A program made the position numbers and the translations under genes. The notes under the pieces are model-generated. The model did not search any database. It was not told the origin of the DNA and saw nothing but the letters and a program-made list of their open reading frames with translations. DNA of 64,000 bases from Cenococcum geophilum (Eukaryota): the NCBI GenBank assembly GCA_050273025.1, contig CP158635.1, positions 20,584,001 to 20,648,000 of the forward strand, given 5' to 3'. Below are positions 26,562 through 37,843 of the stretch, in pieces (the stretch's first letter is position 1; each line of letters begins with the position of its first letter).

Positions 26562-27332
26562 AGTAAAAAATGTATATAACGGGCATTTTGATGGCGCCGA
26601 CATGTTATGTATAGTATCAGGCGCATGACATCGATTTTCTTTGTAGCGCTGTTGGCTGTGCTGGGATGTGGGTGTTGGATAGACAGGTTTCGTGTTGTAA
26701 CATCAACCGTTATGACTTTTTGCTCCGACTTGTTTTGCTGTTACATGCGCAGTTTGATGAAAGCGTAAACGCGTGATACTCCACTCGTTCAGTCCGTATC
26801 ACACCATATGGACTTTATACCAGCCCTTGAAGTATGCCAAAGCTAAAGATAGAAGGGCTCATATATTCTTCTGAAACACTCAAAATCATCCACCATGGTG
26901 TAAATAGGAAACCAAATTACGTGCACACCTTAACGGAGCATGGGATACCTAGCCAGCATTCATGGCTACATTGCTGGCTGTTTGAATTGACGATTCTGGT
27001 CTCGTGAATTCTGCCTCTGGTAGCTTAAGATCCGCATTGCGTTTGGACGCCTCTGGTGACAGAAAGGCATCTTAGACGCTCGTCAACAATAATTCGAATC
27101 TCCACCGGGATTAGAAAGCAAAAGTCTGTAGTCCTGCATTAATAGAACGTGATTCTAGCACCCGTACTAACGTGTTTCACTGCTCATCCGGCCACCCCAC
27201 CAGCACCAAGACGCGTCTTCGTGCCTGTAAGAGCATATACATTAGATCCCGCAAGAGCCGCGCAAGTTCGCGAGTACTCTCTGTCTTTTTTGCCGTATGG
27301 CGACGTGGAGCGGGACACGTTACAGTACCAAA

Positions 27333-27458
27333 ATACTTTGCTTTTTAATTTTTATATATATCCACCTATAGATTTTCTAGCTATGCTTTTAGAATTCTTT
27401 ATACCTAAAAGCTCTTTAGTATCTTATAAATTCTTTTTAGTTCTCTATCCTTTTAGGT
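27333..27458. mobile_element. ~125-bp fragment of Gypsy pol (same family as the element at 53508-61467)
   Basis: Aligns without gaps to 55943-56068, including an exact 39-nt match TTCTAGCTATGCTTTTAGAATTCTTTATACCTAAAAGCT. Confidence 0.85.
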
Positions 27459-27529
27459 TACTCCAGGCACACGGGAGGAAGATTCACTTTTTGTGAGCAA
27501 AGAAAATGGGCATTGTTTAGCGTCCTCTA

Positions 27530-28986
27530 CGTAGCCGAAATAAGTGTCGGTTTGGGGCACGTGCGCGCCCCACCCAAACAAAGCCCCCTGAGCATGCCTC
27601 ACAATCATAACAAACCTCACAACACCACCATTTCGCACCCAAATTCGTTCGCCATAATTACTAATTATGACCTGAGTTACCAAGGAGCCTGCATCCCAAA
27701 AGATGCGGGCAAAACACTTTACCCCACCCCCAGAATTATACTACAACGCTAGGGAAAATAAGTATCTAAAGACTCCTCCACGTATAGGAGTTCTCTACGC
27801 CAAAATCTTTAGCCAATTACTGGGTAAGGCTATTCCTCCAGCTATTATATAGTAGGCTATTAGAATTATAGAGCGCTCTTAGCAACGTATTATGGCCTTA
27901 AAGCAATACAGAACTATATATAATTCTAGGCTAGAAATAAGAGGGAGAAATCGAGCTCTTATAAAGGAAGACACCCACGCTATTACCGTGTATTTAGACG
28001 ACCCCAATCTTAATTAAGACTTAAAATCAGCCCTATAGCAGACTATTATTTAAAAGGCCCTAAATTATAAAGATCTTTTAATGGTTCTAGCTTAAAGAAC
28101 AGGTCGCCAACCTCTTGGAAATAAGCTAAATTAAAGAGCTATAAAAAAGGATAAAGGGTATATTAATGCAAAGATAGAAGAAGAGAAGTGGCTTAACCCG
28201 GAGCAGGCAGATAGAAGAAAGAATTGGTGCTATTTACAGCTAGAAGAAAGACCCCATCCTAAGGACTGAAATAATATTGCTTTTTGTAATAAATATCACT
28301 TTGGTTTAGGTGCTAAAGAAACCCATAAAATTAAGAGAAGAAGTAGTAATCTTTACCGCTATTTACCACAGAATATTTATAGGAAGAAGGGGGTTACTAA
28401 AAAGGATAAAAAGGAGAAGGCCTAAGAGAAGAAGCATTTTAAACTGTTTAATGTCTTTATTGTTATTAGCAAGACCTAGAAGAAGTTCTTCTTATATAAG
28501 GTGGATAACTAGGTAAGTAAAATAAACTTAAAAGCCTATACCGAGCAGGTATTGCTATAGCTTCTTTTAAAGTTTAATATTAAGGGAATTACTTTATACC
28601 AGGATACAGATTCAGCGTATAAATTAAGGGAGTCTTTAGCCTAGGCAAAGGAATAGGACTTAAAGCTTCTAACATTATCTAGTTTATTACCAGATCTATT
28701 AATTATAGAGTCCTTAGCCCATCCTATTAAGAAGAAATTCCATTTAAAGCGCGTGGAAGAGGACACAGCATTGGAGCGTTTTATAGATGTTTAGGAGAAC
28801 CAAGTGGATCAGGAGAAGATTGCAGAGATGTACAGCTGGTACACGAAGCGCCTACATGAGTGCATTAGGGCCGACGGGCAGATGACTCGATATTGAATTG
28901 ATTTGGCTGTATTGTGGTATTGTGATCGTGAAGTATGATTTTGGTGGGTGCGCACGTGCCCCAAACCGACACTTATTTCGGCTACG
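27530..28986 (+). mobile_element. Tc1-like (DD34E) DNA transposon, full length, RIP-inactivated
   Basis: ~37-bp perfect TIRs CGTAGCCGAAATAAGTGTCGGTTTGGGGCACGTGCGC with TA duplications at 27528-29 and 28987-88. Transposase relic IAFC(D)(E), YQDTDSA..PDL(S)IIE with 34 residues between D and E, ending RLHECIRADGQMTRY* at 28896. Many TAA/TAG stops. Confidence 0.92.
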
Positions 28987-29185
28987 TAGAGGCGTCCAAT
29001 TCTCCACTACACTTGAAAGAGGTATATACAAAGCACTTAACATTTAAAGTATACACGGATGTGGATTGAAAACCTACATCTCCTAATACTTGCACCTTAC
29101 TATATACTCCAAATGGACACAACTTTAAAGTCTTAATGTATACACTTTGAAACCATTCTAACGTAATAATTACCCATGAAATCTA

Positions 29186-30081
29186 TCAGGTTTTGCCGTG
29201 GGCCCGGAGAATTTTAACCATGTGAGACAATTTACATAGCTCCGCAGTTTCTAGAGGAGTCTTCCCGTGCCGGCCTGTGATGTTTGGATCCGCCCCGCGT
29301 CTTAGAAGCAATTGGACACGCTCTGCGTCTTCCATTTCGACCCCCCGATGCAACGCTGTTCCTGCGAAGAGCAACTCATATATTGGATCCTTCACCTTCG
29401 TCTTCTCAACGTAATTGATATCCACCCCAGCATCCAGCAGGTACGTCATTATCTTAATCGCCTCTTGAGACCTGTCGGTGTTTGCCGATGCTGCCACCAA
29501 TGCCTCCGTGTTCTGCAGCGTCGCTCCATGTTCCACGAGAGCCTGCACAATTCCGAACATGCCGTTTACCGCAGCTCGAGTAAGCGGATCTCCACCAGGA
29601 CCCGTGTGCAGATCCGGATTAGCGCCGTGGGAGAGATGCCAGTCTACTAGCGTGGCGTTATTGTTACTGACCGCAGAGCTGTGCACCCCGTCAACGTCAG
29701 CGACTATGGGGAGTCGAAGGTGATCTTTCCATACTTGATACTCGTCATTTCCGGCCTCCCATTTATGTCCCACCCGTGGTCTAGGAATTCCTGAAACACG
29801 TCTATTGAACCGCTCTGGTGTGCGGCGTAAACAGCACGCTCATTGATTTCAGCGTTGTGGTTGAGAAGAAACCCAACCAAGGGCGCGTAGCCATTTTCGG
29901 CTGCAGATTCGAGTTGCAGTTGACAAGCGTGGCTTTTGAGGGATGCGCTGCCAGCGATGGTTGCATATTCTGGGGTACCGAGAAACCACCGATCCAGCAA
30001 AGACTGGGCCTCTTGGAGGCGTTCAGCTTGACAAGCGTCGTTTGCTGCGCGCAGAAGGGGATCGTTCGTAGTGTGACTCAT
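29186..30081 (-). CDS. Ankyrin-repeat protein (~279 aa)
   Basis: Two ORFs joined by a 56-nt intron 29734-29679 (GTATGG..GCTGAC..CAG). Ankyrin motifs LLNHNAEIN, LDHGWDIN, HGANP, GTALH, GADPN, GKTPL. Confidence 0.85.
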
Positions 30082-30103
30082 AATTCAAAAGAGAATAACA
30101 AAG

Positions 30104-31558
30104 GTTTGTTTAGTAAAAATAAAGAAGCTTTTAAAAATAAGAATGCAAATATACTGGAAGAAAAAGAGTTCCTAGAGTAGTAGTGGAAGGAAGGACCACT
30201 TAGAACACTTTATAACCTTATTAATTTAATTAATACGCCTTAGCTTATATAGCTATTTAAGCAATATTAAGTTAATAAGAACATACTTCTATAGAAAGGC
30301 TTCTAAATTAAGTAGCTTATTAAGCCTGTTAAGACCCACTAGAATAGCTACTATACTGCCTTTAAATAAGCTACTAAGCTTTAAGCGTCTCTTAATTTGT
30401 TTACTTAGTACCAGATTATAAAGTATAAAAAGGAAACGGCCTCCCTTAGATCTAAAGGCAAGGAGGTACCTAAGCCTTGCCGCTATATCGCCGTTAGCGG
30501 CTTAAATGTATATAATTAGTTAATTATTAATAAATATATGGAGATCTTTAGCCCTCTTAAAGAAGCTATAAGCTTAGTAAAAGGCAGAGGCAAGGCTAGT
30601 AAATATAGCGCGATTTAGAAGGTCATTCTTATGTTTAATTAGCTGCTTATAGTCTTTAAAGAAAAGAAGGATTATATTGCTAAAGCTATAATAGAGGACT
30701 ATCCAAATTAAGAAGCTATAGAGAATTATTTTATAATTAATCTTAACGCGGCCTAGGTAAAGCTAAATAACTACTACCTTAAGCTTAATAATACTCTAGT
30801 ATATTATGCAGTAGTCCTTTTATATTCTTATTTTAAGCGCTTCTACTAGAATACATAGAAGGATCGGCCTAATTAGATTATTAGCGGCAATACTACCTTT
30901 TAAACTCTCTAGCTTTAGTATAAAGATTATTTACTACCTTTATTAGCAGAACTAAAGGCACTATATCTAAAGTGCGTATGAGCCTCCGCTGGCCGTAATA
31001 GCTATATTAATGCCTACTCTAGTGCCTTAATACTAAGCTAGATAGTCTATAAGAATAAGTATATATAGTAGAAGTTGCTTAATCCTCTATTAAAGGAACA
31101 CCTATTGGCCTAGGATCTAATTAAGTACTAATAGTAGATATAAATTAAGTTTCTACACCTTACCTAGTTCGCTTTTAATATACTAACTATACTAGCTATA
31201 AGCTTGGATTATAAGCTTGGATTTAGTAAAGCTAGTAATCTACTAGAGCCTTATTAATTTAGGCTACAGCCAATAATAATTGCTGCTCTATAATGCACGC
31301 GTTCTTAGAAGAAGATAGGTTATAAAAAGGCCGCTAGAGAAGGTAGTAAGTCTATTAATTTATATAAAGCTAATAGCTAATAAAGGGACAGCTGCTACAC
31401 CTCCTTCCTCTGCTACAAGATTAGAGCAGATATACGTATGCAAAAGGCTATGATTGCTTCACTTGAATCAATGTTGGAAATTGAGCCAAATAATGAGAGA
31501 GCTCAATCAATGTTGGCTGCTTGTATGGTAATACTTGCAGATCTCTCCCAATCCTCTA
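30104..31558 (+). mobile_element. 5'-truncated hAT transposon relic, RIP-degraded
   Basis: De-RIP reading: LF(G)K..EAF(E)..WRKEGPL(G), PVKT(RW)NSYY, YYAVVL(HP)YFKR, and a hATC dimerisation-like segment D(P)IKY(W)..F(P)(H)L..FA(FD)ILTI(P)A..(D)LLEP. Candidate terminus CAATCCTCTA at 31549-58. Confidence 0.75.
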
Positions 31559-31759
31559 TACTACGCCAAGATCGCGATCTACGCACTGCCTTAACCGCGT
31601 CTACCTTATAAACTACCTTTAAGCCGCGCAAATAAGCTTATACCTTATACTACAATTAATTAATAGTGGAGGAGCTTAGTAGGCAAGATACTGCTACTAG
31701 GCGAAGCCATGGCGGATTTTCTATAAAACTTTAAATTCTATAGAACTTCAAATTCTATA

Positions 31760-31870
31760 CTATCTTGGCAAGTAATTAACAAGCAAGCAAGCAAGCAGAG
31801 GGCTTCTAAATCGGGTAATTAAGCAAGCAGAGGGGTGTTTTGCTTGCTTGCTTGCTTATCAGCAAGTCTG
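31760..31870. repeat. Inverted (CAAG)n/(CTTG)n arrays, probable subterminal repeats and end of a second DNA transposon
   Basis: CAAGCAAGCAAGCAAGC at ~31780-96, GCTTGCTTGCTTGCTT at ~31842-57, ending ..CAGCAAGTCTG at 31870 where the F-box pseudogene sequence begins. Confidence 0.5.
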
Positions 31871-32863
31871 CTTCTACGCCATCGTCCAGACCAGAGAAGG
31901 CACAAGGTCTGCGCCTGCCACTGCCCAACTTGAGAAAGTGAAAGGAGATGCTTTCGAGGTTGTCGAAGTCCTGCAAGTACTGAAAGATGCCTCGCCAGCT
32001 TCGATCCAGCCTGATTTGAAAGAACGTAAGGGATCGAAGGCGATGGCGACACTGTAGTAGAAGCTCAGTCAGGTTCGTCTCCGAAAAGGCACATGCTGAA
32101 ATATCAATTCCTGGATATGGGATAGGCCAATTGGCTCGAAATAGAAAGGCTCAAAAAGTTCAACTTTCCAATCAAGCTTTTGCAAATGTGCCGCTTCCGA
32201 TACTAAATTCCAAGTCCAATCGCAATGACCATCGTCAATATAGAGCCTCGGCGACAGCTCCTTAAGGTTGGACAATGCTCTCTTGAATGTTGGCCTCCTA
32301 ATTTGTTCCGAGTGAATTTGACTAATTTTGACTCAATTACCATTAGTATCTGACCCAAATTTAATATGAAATGTCTCAAGTGGTAAGCCGGTTTCCGCAA
32401 TAAGAATAAAGCCGAGTCCAGGTAAATCGCTGCATCCAATCGCATCTATCCTTGGAGAGACCATATGGTCATATTCGTATGGGGCTCCAACGTAAATAGA
32501 TCGGCAGTTGGCAAATCGAAGAATACTATCGCGTACTTGTTGTATGACTGGTAAGCCGGGGAGTACAGATTTGGAAGCGTCCCGGTCCCAAATAAGTCCA
32601 CGCCCTGCTTCTTTATCCCAGTCTAGCCGAAAGACTTTTACATGCTTGGCCCATGTAGATCTTGAGAGGTCGTCTAGCTTTCGTATACTCGCGAGTGATA
32701 GATTTGTGGTGACTTTGGTACAGTAGGTGTGTCCGAAATAGTAAGACGACATTTCTGCAAGCGCTTTTCAAGTCAATCGTAAGAAGCGCAGCTCAGCTAG
32801 CTGAAGATTTTGTGCCACGCATTCGATAATTTCTGGAGGAATTGCTGCAAGTTGAACGTTCAT
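31871..32863 (-). pseudogene. F-box-domain hypothetical protein, disrupted
   Basis: MNVQLAAIPPEIIECVAQNLQLAELRFLRLT*KAL is an F-box pattern, with TGA at 32768-70 where Cys is typical. Further frame breaks near 32340 and 32070. Confidence 0.65.
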
Positions 32864-32999
32864 ATTGTCTATGTTATGGCACCGCGCCGCGGGCATAGAA
32901 GGACAATCTCGTACTACTGAACAAGTTTATTGTAAGGTCTATCGTGTTTGACGAATAGTGAAAATATGTGAAGAAAATGAGGCACAAATATTGGGTTAA

Positions 33000-35900
33000 C
33001 TTAGGGGTAAGTTCCTACTAGTAATAAGGACTATACCCTTAATAATTAAGAACTCCTAAGGCAAAATAACAAGGTCTAGGTGCTAAATTACACACTACTA
33101 TAACAGAAGATCTTTAAGTGGAATTGTAATAATCCTATAGGCGGCTACTCTAGTTTTAACTATACCTTTAAGGTAATTATGTGGAAGTATGCTTAGAATA
33201 GCCTTACCCTTAATCTTATTAACTATCCTTAACTTAAAGATGCAAACTTTATTAAACTTAGTAGGGTCATACTTCTTAAATTTAAAGACTCCTCTTATAA
33301 TAAGACTGTCGATCTCCTACTTGTCGGATACTTAGAAAGGAGCTCCTAGGGTTATAATACGACCTTCCTTTTAAAGCTATTTTGCGAGCTTAAAGTTAGT
33401 CTTCTCTTTAGCTGTTATAAAGGCTATTAATAACTTAGCTCTATTCTTAATGGCGGTAATAAATTATTCTTTAAAATTAATAAGATATTAGCGATTTTGT
33501 AATTCCTTCGGGCGACCTCTACCGCGTTATAGTTGTGGCGTATCTACTATAATTATATTGGGATTATAGTCGCCTTCTAGAGCACGTTAATTATAGTTCT
33601 CCTCTAGGGTATCTTCTAAGGCATCCTGTAAAGGCTTAGAATTGTTATTTTTATAGTAAGGCTTAATAACAGTTAAATAGAATTAAGTGGGTCTATAAGG
33701 CATCTAAATAGTATAAGTTTAACCATTAATTGTAATAAGTTAGTGTGGGCCTAACTATTCTCCCTTTTTACGCTATATATATACTTTAGACTAAAGTAGC
33801 AGATTAAGCGTAGTTAAGGTGTTTAGGCCATTTCTTATTCCTAATATATTATTAACCTAGCGTATAGCATAGAGATATTGCACCTCCTTTATTGCCTTAT
33901 AAATAGCCTTGGCTTATTATATAATAGAGGGAGATAGTAGAGAATTATTAGTTATTTAAGGGTAGGCGCCAAAGACTAGTAACGTAGGTACGAGTCTATC
34001 TAGGCCAGCAGAATTATTAATAGCTTTAACAGCCATTTATAAGGTAAGTTTTTCGCTAGCGTCCTTTAGTTCTAAAGAGATAATCTTATATACGCGGCGT
34101 AATAGCGTATAATATTGCTTTACTTTTCTAATACTATTATATACCTTAATAGGGACTTCCTTAACCTTAATTGCTATTACCTTTATCTATTATCGGAACT
34201 CTATAAATAAGAAGTTCTTTTTTACATTATAGATAATTTAATTAGGGGGTCCTAAATAAATATTAATCTAGTATAACTAAAGGGTATTCTATACGTTTCT
34301 GGCTAATATATCTTTTAAGAAACGCGCGGCTTAGAAGGAGGTTAAGAAGTTAATAACTTAGAGTACTAGTTTGCCGCTAAAATATATAACGTTAATAATA
34401 ATATAGAAGTTAAAGTTATAGTTATCCTTAAGGGTAAACTTAAATCGGCTAGGGGACTTCTAGTTTATTTAGTAGTAATAGTAATACTTTATAAGATGCT
34501 TAATTGCCTTAACCTTAACTTTATAGCCTACTTACTAAAGAACCCTAAGTAATTAATAAACGGATAGGTAGCTAAAATAATGGTATAGTTGGCGTAACTC
34601 TAACTTAGTTAAATAGCTTTAAGTAATACTCTTTTCTAGTTAATAAAGGAGCAACTAGGGGTAACCCTACTTGCGTATAACAGGCACCCAATTATCTCCT
34701 TAAATAAGTATATTCTTAAGGTTATTAAGCTTAATACCTAATTTATTTATATCTTTAATGTAAAATAGAAATAGGGTATTTGTAGAAACAACGTAAAAAG
34801 TAATATACCCTAAGGGGGTTTAAACCCTAATTGTGCCGAGAGAGATTATAGTACCTTTACCAAAACGAATCGTATATTGGCCTACTATTAATTAGTTAAT
34901 CTAAATAGAGCTATTAAGCTACTAAAGAGCTCAAACTTAAGGTTCTCCTACTATAGATACTCTTACGGCTCCTATATCTGGCATAATACTATAAAAGACA
35001 TTTACTAAGTATCTATTGTTAAAGGAAAACGCGGAACTCTCCTTTAGCTTATTAAAGATATTTAACTTCGTAATAGAATGGAGCGTAGATTGGTTATTAA
35101 AAATAGCGACGGTTTGTATACTATTTACCTTACTATACTTAGTAAAGTATTAGTTAGGAGAGTAGTCCTTAATTTCTATATCTATAAGGAGCTATTTAGT
35201 CTTATTAACCTTACCCTTAAGATCTTCTGCGCCTTTATATTAAACCAGGAAGCTTTAAAAGTAGGCCGTAGTAACCTTACAATTTTTAACATTTTTTATA
35301 CTCTAACGGAACTTATTATATGCCTTTTTTCGCTTATTAAGGGAGTGTTTAGTTAACTGGTAATTTAGCTTCTTATAAACATAGCACTTTTTTTAGCAAT
35401 TACTTTGAAATAAACCTCTATAAGAACCTCTATAATTGCCTTATAGTTAACGTTAATTATACCCTTTACTATATTCCCTACTACGGCCACTATATATTCG
35501 GTTAGTCTAGTTATAATTATATTAGTTAGGAATACTTAGTTAGGCAGGGTTTTTAGTATAGAACTATTAAGGTTCTTATATTTGTATTACAATACCTATA
35601 GTAGAGCGTAGTTTGGTATATACTCCTTTAAATATATCCACAGATTTATATAGCGCCAAATTACACTTAAAAACACTACGGTAGGCTAAGATAACCTAGT
35701 CCCTTAAACTGTTCTTATTTTAGTAAGTTTTAGTAAAGCTATATTAGATTTTCTAAAGTTTATTAAAAAGTAGTTAAAGGCACTCTAAATAAGTCTTTAT
35801 TAGGTTAGAAGCAATAACTCTCTAGAGCGTAGTCTCCCGCTATTTAGATATATAAAGTTAGCGATTCTTATTAGTCTTAAAGTGGGCTTTAGTAAGCTAA

Positions 35901-37281
35901 AGCATTATATTAAAGTTATAGTTTTTACCCGTAATATAGTTGTAATAGAATGTTACTACCTATCCCTTTAATATAATAGAGAAAGCGTAATAGTACTAAT
36001 AGCGTTAAATTTTAACCTTATTATAACAGTTATAAAAGACCTATAGTTTTGCTCCAAGTATATTATATAATTCTCCTTTAAACTTCTTCTCTTTATCCAA
36101 ATATACCTTTATTAGATTCATAACTTCTTATAGTAAAGGCTTACCGGTTAGCTAGAGTAGAGGAGGTAGAGGCGGAGCAATTTTAAGTAGGAGAGTACCT
36201 CTAGGTAGGAGAGCAGCTTTAGGTAGGGGGTTAGCGTTCTAGGGGTTTTAATATAAATTAAAGTTGCCTTCTAAAGAATATAGGTTATTTTTAGGTTTCC
36301 GTAATTAATATATAATTTTAGCTTCTGTCTATATTAGTTCTTTTATACTAGTAATAACGGCCTAAATATTGCTAGTAATTAGGTTACTATTCTTAGTAAT
36401 ATATACCCTATTCCTACAGAGAAAGTCTTAAAAATCTTAAATAATATTAACGTTGCTAAGTGCCTAGGTATTAGCAGTCCATCCTATAAAATCCTCCCTA
36501 AAATACTCCTATAGTTGTAAATCGGCGTAGTATCTATTTCGGTAGAATATAATATAGTGTAGGAGAAAGCCGTTAACTTGTTTTACGGTATAAGTTATTA
36601 TATTAAAGGCAAATTCGTCCTAATCTTTATTAATAAGTTTTATATACTTAGCTACCCCTAGTAGTAAGGAGTCTTTCTAGTTATTTAAAATAGGCGTAGC
36701 CATGTTTTCGGAGGGAGGGAAGTGTTATTGGTATAGGGATTATCGTTTAGTACACGTTCGTAACGTGTATTTGCGGGTATAGGGCTTAGGACCAGTTTTA
36801 GCCTTAAATCGCGAAGACTCGTAAAGCGTGTTATTTTATGTAATAGACGCAAGAATCTATAATCTTAAAAAGGCTTAGGACTAGTTCTAGCCTTTAAATC
36901 CTTAGATTTTAAAGAAGAGTTCTATTTAAGGTTTAGGACTAGTTCTAACCTTAAAAGACAGTTTTCTCTAGTATAAGTAGTACTGGTATAGTAGCTTATC
37001 TCTTCTTAGTAGAATACCTAGCTGCTCTATAGTATAATAGTAAAGTTAACTACTAATCAGTATTAGTTATATAAGGTGATATTACGTAGCTACGGTTCGT
37101 AAATAGTATAATAATGGTTATTATTCTTCTTATCTTAATAAGAGAGGGCGAGGAGCTTAAGGCTCCTCGCTACGCTAGTGCCGCGGCGACACGTGACGGC
37201 AACTTGCCGCACGTAACGGCAACTTGCTATATGTGACGGCAATATGCCTTATATGGTAACCCCTTGCCTTTATTCCCAACA
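33000..37281 (-). mobile_element. Copia-like LTR retrotransposon C, 3'-truncated within RT, RIP-degraded
   Basis: LTR 37281-37061 starts TGTTGGGAAT. De-RIP gives integrase GKV(ER)Y(H)..LRR.Y(E)II near 34100 and RT start RGVF..RIFK(S)RIVN(E)IKGK near 33200-33295 (INT before RT). No second LTR seen; left boundary approximate. Confidence 0.75.
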
Positions 37282-37843
37282 CTAACTATACCTTATATTT
37301 AAAACTTTATAAAACTAGTATATACCCTAAAGCGCAATTTATCTCTAAACCCTAAAGGCTTTATATATAACCTTATAGACCTTAACGCTATTTAATCCTA
37401 TATACCCTTAAGGACTAATAAATAAAGAATATAAGCCGTAAATAGAGAATACTTTAAATATAGTAAAAAGGGATATATTAAAAGGAATTGCCAAACTTAC
37501 CCTTTTAAAAAGGTCCGCCGTAGTTCCTCTTAGTCCTTAAATTATATTTAGTTACTATAAAGCATCTCTCCTTTAGTTAACTTAGAAAATAAATTATTCT
37601 AGGGCCAAGTTACGCCTTAGGATAAGAAATGGAAGAGTATAAGTATTTAGGCTCTTTTAGCGCTAATATATAATATAACTCCCTTAATATACTTAGTAAA
37701 ATTATTACTTAAAATACTACGTACCCTATAAACATGCATATAATTATTTAAATTTAATATAATATAAATTACCCTTACTATAAACCCTAAACTAATATAA
37801 GAAAGTTATAACAGCTAATTATAGCAAAGAATGCGAAGATAAT

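Noticed and set aside
27500..33000. Starship-like giant element carrying ankyrin and F-box cargo
   Set aside because: No tyrosine recombinase captain or boundary motif is visible in the window.
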